Positions 56,549-64,000 of a stretch of 64,000 nt of DNA are shown here, in pieces. The stretch is from an uncultured Pirellulales bacterium (GTDB taxonomy: Bacteria > Planctomycetota > Phycisphaerae > Sedimentisphaerales > SM23-30), in contig CAZICK010000002.1 of the NCBI GenBank assembly GCA_964537505.1, forward strand, positions 5,975 to 69,974. Reading direction: 5' to 3'. How positions within the stretch are numbered: the stretch's first letter is position 1; each line of letters begins with the position of its first letter. The translations under genes and the position numbers were made by a program. The notes beneath the pieces are model-generated. The model was not told the DNA's origin. It ran no database searches and was given only the letters and a program-made list of their open reading frames with translations.

Positions 56549-56640
56549 TTGACGCCGGCGTCAAAACTATTTTGATACGTTGATTCCGGCACCTAGAGGG
56601 TGTTTTTAGGCGTGAATATCGATTTTTGACGGTATCATCT
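56549..56640 (+). repeat. Dispersed ~92-nt intergenic element, copy 5 (5' box is a perfect 16-bp palindrome)
   Basis: ttgacgccggcgtcaaaactattttgatacgttgattccggcacctagagggtgtttttaggcgtgaatatcgatttttgacggtatcatct. Confidence 0.65.
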
Positions 56641-57258
56641 AACTTACGAAAATTTCTCAAAAAATACTTCCCGTCACATCGTTTGTTCCATCTCAACGCT
56701 ATTCCAGTCGCTTATGCTTTTGCAATTTTCTGTCCTTCCCGGCTACCAACATACCAAAGTGGGCCGCCCATAGTGGCCGATAGAAAATAACAAACTTCTG
56801 AACTTAATATCGATGTCAATTTAACAAAGATCTCAAAATATGTCAAAAACAGTAAGAATGCGGAAACACAGTCATTATTAGCATAAATAGCTTGCAATAG
56901 CAAATGTTTAAAAGACACATTCACGAACATAATACTGATACGACCCTTCTAAAGCCTCTGAGCTGCCATGAAAATCGGCAATGCCCGAGAAGAAGCCATT
57001 TATCACTCATGTAATACGGATAGCCTGACGCTGACAATATGCAGCGTTTTGTCCCCTTTGCCCTGGGAAAGTTCTATGGTTATTAGCAATAATCTAGCGG
57101 GCCAAATCCAGCAAAAGCTGATATAATCAACCAAAGGTATATGGAGTCTTGCGTAGATGGAGCCTTATTGAGATACCGGGATATGTGTGGTCGGTATCGA
57201 TTAAGTTCGCTTCATTAGTATTACAGGTTCAAGCACATTAGAGGCGGTTGAAGTCAAA

Positions 57259-57912
57259 ATGAGTATAAAAATACTACTTGTCGACGATTATACTATGGTT
57301 CGTGAGGGACTTTACGTTTTATTCCAGGATCAGCCGGATATCGAGATTGTTGGTCAGGCCGAAGACGGCCAGACAGCCATTGATCTCGCTTATGAATTAC
57401 AGCCGGATCTGGTTATTACAGAAGTCAAACTGCCAGGTACAGACGGCATTGAGGCTACCAAACAGATTACCAGCAAGTGCCCTAATACCAAAGTGCTCGC
57501 TTTGTCCATACATTCTAACCGATCTCCCGTGATGGACATGTTCAAAGCCGGCGCATCCGGATATGTGCTCAAAAACAGCTCCTTTGAAGATTTGCTTTAC
57601 GCAATCAAAACTATCATGTCGGATGAGTTCCCTTACATAAGCCCACAGATAGCCGGCCTCATGATCGATTCTTATGTGGATAGGAGTGGTCTGAAAAATA
57701 ATAAATCGGCCTATTCTGCTCTTACCGAACGAGAAGCCACAGTTCTGCGATATCTTGCCGAAGGCAGATCACCTAAAGAAATCGCCGGACTGATCCAAAT
57801 GAGCAGCAAGACTGTCGATGCCTGTCGCCGACAACTAATGAACAAGTTGAAAATCGAGGACTTGGCCGGCTTGGTCAAACATGCCATCCGTGAAGGTTTG
57901 ACCTCTCTGTAA
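57259..57912 (+). CDS. NarL/FixJ (LuxR-HTH) family response regulator
   Basis: ILLVDDY...DLVITEVKLP. C-terminal LTEREATVLRYLAEGRSPKEIA...T.DACRRQLMNKL. Confidence 0.85.
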   Translation: MSIKILLVDDYTMVREGLYVLFQDQPDIEIVGQAEDGQTAIDLAYELQPDLVITEVKLPGTDGIEATKQITSKCPNTKVLALSIHSNRSPVMDMFKAGASGYVLKNSSFEDLLYAIKTIMSDEFPYISPQIAGLMIDSYVDRSGLKNNKSAYSALTEREATVLRYLAEGRSPKEIAGLIQMSSKTVDACRRQLMNKLKIEDLAGLVKHAIREGLTSL

Positions 57913-58185
57913 TGTGACGATCTCACCCTTAGCAAATTGGTTGGTTGTCCCTGCTCGCACATCCTTCCCTGACGTGGATACGCCAAGAGCTTTCCGGAAC
58001 ACCACCAAGTCTGGAATTTGTCATTTGTAAACCATCGGTTCACCAAATACCGCATTCCCATAACAAAGTTAAAAAAACACTTTACAAATTAATTATCCGA
58101 TATACAATGGTCCAAGCTGACTGTTTTATGTTGGCGGATGCGCGCAACTACTTCATGGACACTTAGTTATAAGTCATAGGCACAA

Positions 58186-58259
<74 letters not shown>

Positions 58260-58380
58260 ATTTGTAACATTAGTGTTGACAGTCGGTTACGTTTAACGGT
58301 CTTTTTTGGCAACCGCTGCTGCCTCTGGGCGACTCAACAAAAACCGTGCTCAACCTGCCTTCCATCCAGGAGGATCGATC

Positions 58381-59721
58381 ATGTCACGAAACAAACTCAC
58401 CATCTTAGCCATAATGATTCTTGTTACGTTCTCCGCCACTCCAGAGATATCACGAGCCACCACTGAATCGGATTACACCATGTTCGATCCACTCGTTGAC
58501 GTGGCCGATCTGATTGAGAAATACTATGTCAGCGAAACCGATCAAAATGAGCTGATTATAGGCGCCCTTAATGGTATGCTGCACAAACTCGATCCCTATA
58601 GCGAATATATACCCGCCAAGGATCTCCAGGAGTTTCAAAAGCAGGTCAGCGGCAATTATGAGGGCCTCGGCATCGGTATTGACGTTCAGAACGGCTATCT
58701 TACCGTCATCAGTCCGTTTGAAGGCTCTCCTGCTTACCAGGCCGGCATTCTGCCAGGCGATATTATTCTCAAGGTGGACGACCGATCAACCGAAGGCTGG
58801 TCCGGCACCTATGCTGTAAAAGAACTTACAGGGTCGGCCGGTACCGATGTCACGCTCAAGATTCTTCATCGCAACGGTTCCGAAGAAACCATCAACGTTA
58901 CCCGCAGGCAGGTACATGTTCCCACCGTCAGAGGATGGCGATGCAACACCACCAGCGGCACCTGGCAATATATGATAGATGCCGATCGTCGTATCGGCTA
59001 TCTTCGTGTCATCCAATTTACCGACGATACTGCATCGAACTTCGATCAGGCCATGACTCAACTTCTCTGTCAAAACATGCAGGCTTTGATAATTGATCTT
59101 CGCAGCAATCCGGGCGGATTAATGCCCGCGGCCATCGACCTGGTGGACCGCCTGATCGAACACGGTGTTATCGTTTCCACCCGCGGCGCCAACTCACCTG
59201 TCGAGCTTCAGGAAGCGCACCAGCCGGGTACATATAGTTATTTCCATCTTGTGGTGCTTATCGATCAGGGCAGTGCCAGCGCTTCTGAGATCGTCGCGGG
59301 TTCTCTACAGGACCACAATCGCGCTGTTATTGTCGGCAAACGTTCTTGGGGCAAAGGCTCGGCACAACGAATATTCAAACTGCCCAACTCCGGCGATTCA
59401 GTCAAGCTCACTACCGACTATTATTATCTACCTAAAGGACGCTGCGTCCATCGCCTTGACAACGCCGATTCATGGGGCATCACTCCCGATATCGAGGCGG
59501 AAATCGATCCTGAAGACGTTTCGGAATTACGCGACCTTATGAGAAAACTGGACCAGCCTCCTTCACCAGACGATCAAACCACGGAAAAGCAACTTGCTGA
59601 AAAACTGCTCCAACTCGATGACCAACTCGACCAGGCCGTCAAACAGTGCATAGGTCTCATTCGCACCAAACCTGCCGAACAGGCGGTCTGTGAAACCACC
59701 ACAGAAACTGGGAACAATTGA
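58381..59721 (+). CDS. ctpA: S41 family C-terminal processing (tail-specific) peptidase
   Basis: Signal/anchor, PDZ (GLGIGID...GSPAYQAGILPGDIILKVD), catalytic region GSASASEIVAG and SWGKGS. ATG 58381 follows aggagg. Confidence 0.8.
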   Translation: MSRNKLTILAIMILVTFSATPEISRATTESDYTMFDPLVDVADLIEKYYVSETDQNELIIGALNGMLHKLDPYSEYIPAKDLQEFQKQVSGNYEGLGIGIDVQNGYLTVISPFEGSPAYQAGILPGDIILKVDDRSTEGWSGTYAVKELTGSAGTDVTLKILHRNGSEETINVTRRQVHVPTVRGWRCNTTSGTWQYMIDADRRIGYLRVIQFTDDTASNFDQAMTQLLCQNMQALIIDLRSNPGGLMPAAIDLVDRLIEHGVIVSTRGANSPVELQEAHQPGTYSYFHLVVLIDQGSASASEIVAGSLQDHNRAVIVGKRSWGKGSAQRIFKLPNSGDSVKLTTDYYYLPKGRCVHRLDNADSWGITPDIEAEIDPEDVSELRDLMRKLDQPPSPDDQTTEKQLAEKLLQLDDQLDQAVKQCIGLIRTKPAEQAVCETTTETGNN

Positions 59722-59846
59722 CACTAGAGCACTGTTCAGTTACACTCAATGGGTATGATAATTCCTGGCATGGCCGATTGTAGAGGTTTTAAGGACAAAA
59801 AAATAAGAAAACGGAAAAACTCAATCTTTATGAGTATAAAATTGAG

Positions 59847-59929
59847 GCGAGCGTGGCGGAACTGGCAGACGCGCAAGACTTAGGATCTTGTACCCTAGTG
59901 GTGTGGAGGTTCGAGTCCTCTCGCTCGCA
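59847..59929 (+). tRNA. tRNA-Leu (anticodon TAG)
   Basis: Acceptor GCGAGCG/CGCTCGC, anticodon stem CAAGA/TCTTG with loop CTTAGGA, long variable arm, T-arm GGAGG-TTCGAGT-CCTCT. 83 nt. Confidence 0.9.
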
Positions 59930-59937
59930 GTGGCATA

Positions 59938-61296
59938 CTAAGTCAGATCATATTCTTTAATTTTTCGGTAGAGGGTTCTCTCGCCGATGCCGAGCATTTT
60001 AGCGGCCGCTTCGCGGTTTCCGGCGACCATCTCCAAAGTCCGCTGGATAGCGGTTTTCTCCAACTCGTCGAGACTGACCCCAGCCAGATTGCTTAAGTTG
60101 TCTTCGCCGGTGGTCTGCCGATGTATCTCAAATGGCAGGTCCGCCACACCCAGCAGTTCCGACTCAGCCAAAACGACCATGGTCTTGATGCAGTTGCGCA
60201 GCTCCCGAACGTTGCCGGGCCAATCGTAGCTTTTCAGAATCCGCAGCGCCACCGGGGTGAAACCTTTGACCGGCCGACCTTCCGATTTGGCAAATTCGTT
60301 TACAAAATAGTCCAGCAGCAGTGGAATATCTTCACGCCTCGCTCGTAGCGGCGGTATCTCGATGTTCACACCTCTTATACGAAAGTACAGGTCCTGACGA
60401 AATTTTTTCCCCTCCACCATTTTTTCCAGTTCCTGATTGGTAGCGCTGATAATGCGAACATCGACCTTGACGCCGGCGGTAGAACCTACCGGTGTTACTG
60501 TCTGGTCTTCGAGAACCCTCAGCAGTTTAGCCTGCATCTGCAGGGGCATGTCACCAATCTCATCGAGGAACAGCGTGCCTCCGTCGGCCATTTCGAAAAA
60601 ACCCTTTCGGTCGGTCATCGCTCCGGTGAAAGAGCCTTTGATGTGTCCGAATAGTTCACTTTCCAGCAGGGTATCGCTCAATCCGGCACAATTGACGGGC
60701 AGAAAAGCCCTTGATTTCCGTGGCGAATTGTAATGTATCGCCTCTGCCAGCAGTTCTTTTCCGGTTCCGCTTTCTCCCTGAAGCAGTACGGTCACATTGG
60801 AATCGGCGGCACGTTGCAGCTTATCGAGGATACGCAGCATTACCGGCGAGTCGCCGACCACTCCGCTAAAGTCGAACTTCTCTTCCAGTCGCGATTGAAG
60901 GCGTCGATTATCGCGTACGAGATCTACCTTTTCCAAGGCTCGCCTGACTACCGCCCGGAGCATCTCCAGATCGATGGGTTTTTCAATATAGTCGTATGCC
61001 CCATCTCGCAGGGCCTGCTTGCAGGTGTCTATCGAACTGTGTGCGGTGATCAGCACGACTTCGCATGACCGCGAGCTTTTGACAATCTCGTTGAGTACGT
61101 CCAGCCCGTCCGTCGAACCGCCGAGTTTCAGATCGGTCACCACCACGTGTGGATCACCTGCCCGGAACTTGGCAAGTCCCTCCTCACCGTCAGCGGCGGT
61201 GGTAACATTGTAGCCTTCCAGCCCCAGGGCCTCGGCCAATATCTCGGCATGGGCCGCTTCGTCTTCAATCACCAATACCGGTTTCTTATCACTCAT
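59938..61296 (-). CDS. Sigma-54-dependent response regulator (NtrC family enhancer-binding protein)
   Basis: Receiver domain (VLVIEDE...VVTDLKL), AAA+ Walker A GESGTGKE, GSFTGA sigma-54 contact loop, C-terminal Fis-type HTH LGIGERTLYRKIKEY. Confidence 0.9.
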   Translation of the reverse strand: MSDKKPVLVIEDEAAHAEILAEALGLEGYNVTTAADGEEGLAKFRAGDPHVVVTDLKLGGSTDGLDVLNEIVKSSRSCEVVLITAHSSIDTCKQALRDGAYDYIEKPIDLEMLRAVVRRALEKVDLVRDNRRLQSRLEEKFDFSGVVGDSPVMLRILDKLQRAADSNVTVLLQGESGTGKELLAEAIHYNSPRKSRAFLPVNCAGLSDTLLESELFGHIKGSFTGAMTDRKGFFEMADGGTLFLDEIGDMPLQMQAKLLRVLEDQTVTPVGSTAGVKVDVRIISATNQELEKMVEGKKFRQDLYFRIRGVNIEIPPLRARREDIPLLLDYFVNEFAKSEGRPVKGFTPVALRILKSYDWPGNVRELRNCIKTMVVLAESELLGVADLPFEIHRQTTGEDNLSNLAGVSLDELEKTAIQRTLEMVAGNREAAAKMLGIGERTLYRKIKEYDLT

Positions 61297-61348
61297 ATCT
61301 GCATTCTAATCAGATTTGGCAGAATCAACCAGTAAAATTTCCCCATAT

Positions 61349-61408
61349 TTGACACTGGCGTCATATTTTGGTTCTGCCGTAAAAGATATTTTTCACGGCT
61401 TCAATACG
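61349..61408 (+). repeat. Dispersed intergenic element, copy 6 (shortened/degenerate)
   Basis: ttgacactggcgtcatattttggttctgccgtaaaagatatttttcacggcttcaatacg aligns with the 5' two-thirds of the element. Confidence 0.45.
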
Positions 61409-61466
61409 CTGTCCTGTCGGCGATAGGCTGATTTAAGAATCGCTCACCACGTTTTAGGGGTTCTCT

Positions 61467-63473
61467 TTAGTCTTTGGTTTTTTCGAGCAGGGCGTCGAGT
61501 TCGCCCCGGGCTTGCGGATAGTCTGGGTCGATCTGAAGGGTTTGGCGATAAGCGGTGATGGCGAGGTCCTTTTTGCCCTGCCTGGTGAAAACAACGGCCA
61601 TGTTGTAATAGGCTCTGGCAAAACCAGGATCAAGCTCAAGGGCCTTGGAAAAGTTGGCCAGGGCCGCCTCGTATTTGCTCTGGGAAGACAAAACAGAGCC
61701 AATATTATTGTAAATAGGGGCATAATCCGGTTTCAACTTGAGAGCTTTGGAATAGTTGTCAAGGGCCGGCCCGTGCTTACCCTGCAGGAACAAGACATTT
61801 CCCAGATTATTGTAAGCCAGGGCATGATCCGGTTGTAGCTGAATTACTTTATTATAGCAGTCGATCGCTTCTTCGAATTTGTTTTCCCCGGCAAGAGCGT
61901 TGGCCTTACTATATAATTGGGCTGCGGTCGTTTTTTTATGCTGAGCTAACAGACGGTTAATTTCTCGGCTGACATCACTGTCGTTCGGCCTGTATTTGAG
62001 CACCTCACGGAAATGAGCAATGGCCTGATCGATCTTACCTTGGCGGGCAAGTATGACGGCCAGGTTCTTGCGAATGGTGACCTGGTCTGGTCTGATTTGC
62101 AATGCCTCGGTCCAGTGTTTGACGGCTTGGTCTGGTTTTTCCTGTTGTAAGTACAACTGGCCGAGATTGCTGTGCATGATATCGTTATTGTCGGTAACAG
62201 CGACCGTATGCTCATATAAAGTGATGCTGTCGGTCCAGTGCCCCAACTGCAGCCAGGTGAGAACCGTTAAAACCGAAAGCACCATGACGGACCCTGCCGC
62301 CAACACAAAATTCCCAAACCTGTACCGGCCAAGCAGATCACCGCCGAGCCAGGCAACGATGATAAACAAACCGATAAACGGGATATATGTATATCGGTCG
62401 GCCATTGACTGGAGTCCGACCTGAACCAGTCCGATTACCGGAACGAGAGTTCCCAGATACCAAAGCCATCCTACGATCAGATAGCGGTGACTGCGACAGT
62501 AGCGAATCGCCAGAACCGACAAACACAACAGCATCGCAATAGAAGCCAATATCTGCCATAGAGGTAAGCTGGCTTCGGGATGTGGATAAAGGACCCCCAG
62601 GCGAACAGGACAAAACATCTTGACAATGTATTTCGCATAGGCGACCAGGGCATTTGCCAGACGATACGCCATGGGTATCTCAAATGTGCTCTTTACCACC
62701 GTAGCCTTGGCCTGGACAAGATAAACTACCACGCTGGCCAAAGCGGACAAAAACAAAAGCGGCAGCTTTTCCAGAAAACATCCGGCAAAAGAATTTGATG
62801 CTAGAGTCGTTTTCGCCTTTCTGTTTCGTTGGCGACGTTCCTGGCGACCGACCGCAAATCGCTCCAGCGGCCAATAGTCCAGCAAGAGCAGCACCAGGGG
62901 AAGGGTAACCAGCATTTGTTTGGCCAGCAGTCCTAAAGCAAGGGCAAAGAAAACCGGCAGATACCTGCCGATGCACGGCCGATGCGTATAACGAAGGTAA
63001 AACCACATAGTCAGCATCCAGAAAAATGTGCTCAGCACATCCTTACGCTCAGCAGCCCAGGCAACCGACTCGACATGAACGGGATGCAGAGCAAATAAAC
63101 CCGCGACAAAGGCGCTGGACCATAATCTGCCGGTCATTCCGCTGAATACTACAAACAAAAGCACCGTATTTGCAATATGCAAAAATACATTGGTGAGGTG
63201 ATGGCCGGCGGGATCAAGACCGTAAATCTGACAATCGAACGCATGAGATATCCAGGTTAGCGGATGGTAATTGTAAGCCTCATTGGTGGTGAAAGCCCAT
63301 TTTACGCCCGTCCAGCTCAGACCTTTCTGCACGTGCTGGTTGTCGGTGAGGTAAAGATCATCGTCAAAGTCAATGAAATCGTGACGATACACCTGCCCAT
63401 AAACCGCGATAGTTATAACGGCGAGAAAAACCGCGATCAAAACAACTCGCTGTCTGTCTGAGAGGTTGCTCAT
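61467..63473 (-). CDS. Polytopic membrane protein (GT-C / PMT-TMTC-like N-terminal domain) with C-terminal TPR repeats
   Basis: 668 aa. The N-terminal ~400 aa has about 10 TM helices, with a DFDD acidic motif in the first loop. The C-terminus has about 7 canonical TPRs (A..Y..AL...P....A..NLG). Confidence 0.75.
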   Translation of the reverse strand: MSNLSDRQRVVLIAVFLAVITIAVYGQVYRHDFIDFDDDLYLTDNQHVQKGLSWTGVKWAFTTNEAYNYHPLTWISHAFDCQIYGLDPAGHHLTNVFLHIANTVLLFVVFSGMTGRLWSSAFVAGLFALHPVHVESVAWAAERKDVLSTFFWMLTMWFYLRYTHRPCIGRYLPVFFALALGLLAKQMLVTLPLVLLLLDYWPLERFAVGRQERRQRNRKAKTTLASNSFAGCFLEKLPLLFLSALASVVVYLVQAKATVVKSTFEIPMAYRLANALVAYAKYIVKMFCPVRLGVLYPHPEASLPLWQILASIAMLLCLSVLAIRYCRSHRYLIVGWLWYLGTLVPVIGLVQVGLQSMADRYTYIPFIGLFIIVAWLGGDLLGRYRFGNFVLAAGSVMVLSVLTVLTWLQLGHWTDSITLYEHTVAVTDNNDIMHSNLGQLYLQQEKPDQAVKHWTEALQIRPDQVTIRKNLAVILARQGKIDQAIAHFREVLKYRPNDSDVSREINRLLAQHKKTTAAQLYSKANALAGENKFEEAIDCYNKVIQLQPDHALAYNNLGNVLFLQGKHGPALDNYSKALKLKPDYAPIYNNIGSVLSSQSKYEAALANFSKALELDPGFARAYYNMAVVFTRQGKKDLAITAYRQTLQIDPDYPQARGELDALLEKTKD

Positions 63474-63585
63474 GGTAATCTTGTTAACCGGACTTTTGCA
63501 AAATTTAGGTCAGGCATTAGTTAACTTAACATCGGTCAGTTTGACCACTTAAGAAAATCTGCTTTCGTAGCGGCCCCAGGGAAAC

Positions 63586-64000
63586 TCAGTTTTTATCCGC
63601 CAGCGGCAGCTCAATGGTAAAACACGTGCCTTTGCCCGGTTCGCTGTGCAACTCTATGTGACCGTGGTGTTCTTCGATAATCCGCCGACAGGTCGGCAGA
63701 CCCAGCCCTGTGCCGCCGCTACGGGTAGTATAATACGGATCGAATACCTTTTCCTGCTCTTCGGGCGGTATGCCGGGACCGGTGTCGATCACTTCTATCA
63801 GGACCAACTGCGACTTGAGGTTACTGCGAATCATTAGCTCTCCACCCTGTCCCATTACCTGAACAGCATTGATAAAGAGATTCAAAAACGCCTGCTTGAA
63901 CAGGTCTTTATCGACCCGGCACACGGCGGGCACTTCACTGAAACTGCGACGGACCTGCACTTGTTTGCTCAGGGCCTGCGGCTCGTAAAAATCTATCAGA
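63586..64000 (-). CDS. Sensor histidine kinase, C-terminal HATPase_c part (5' end beyond window)
   Basis: N-box FLNLFINAVQ, G1 VIDTGPGI, G2 GGTGLGL. The frame is open to the window edge. Confidence 0.85.
   Translation of the reverse strand, partial: LIDFYEPQALSKQVQVRRSFSEVPAVCRVDKDLFKQAFLNLFINAVQVMGQGGELMIRSNLKSQLVLIEVIDTGPGIPPEEQEKVFDPYYTTRSGGTGLGLPTCRRIIEEHHGHIELHSEPGKGTCFTIELPLADKN

Overview
This 64-kb chromosomal window comes from a diderm bacterium. The gene content includes PEP-CTERM sorting signals, dockerin-like EF-hand pairs, giant right-handed beta-helix/LamG secreted proteins, a sigma-54 activator and GT-C/TPR membrane proteins. That mix suggests an environmental PVC/Planctomycetota-like lineage, but this is inference only. 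Recognisable housekeeping genes are kbl-tdh, rsmE, pyrE, ispG, asnA, an aconitase-family enzyme, an S41 protease and five tRNAs (Arg-CCG, Pro-GGG, Cys-GCA, Met/Ile2-CAT, Leu-TAG). There is also a glycogen-type set: a GH13+GDE fusion, GH57 and GT4. The stand-out region is 13.9-28.8 kb. It holds four tandem, same-strand copies of a two-gene module that I cannot assign to any characterised system. The A gene (about 610-632 aa) encodes a polytopic membrane protein with a C-terminal helical-repeat domain. The B gene (525-527 aa) encodes a membrane-anchored protein with an invariant CxxCH heme motif and TolB/PD40-like propeller repeats. Each pair has its own sigma70-like promoter, and two pairs overlap by ATGA. 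The copies are mosaics with long tracts of exact identity. An orphan 3' fragment of a fifth B gene sits at the left edge. A 97-bp MITE-like element has inserted between A1 and B1. A second recurring signal is a roughly 92-nt intergenic element with two TTGA(C)-N6-8-(G)TCAA boxes, present six times in the window. Other notable items are a secreted-protein island at 31-39 kb with duplicated leaders and 3' flanks, a decayed TolC-family gene, and an unusual tRNA-Pro trailer. All calls come from reading the ORF translations and the nucleotide sequence by eye. No database search was run.
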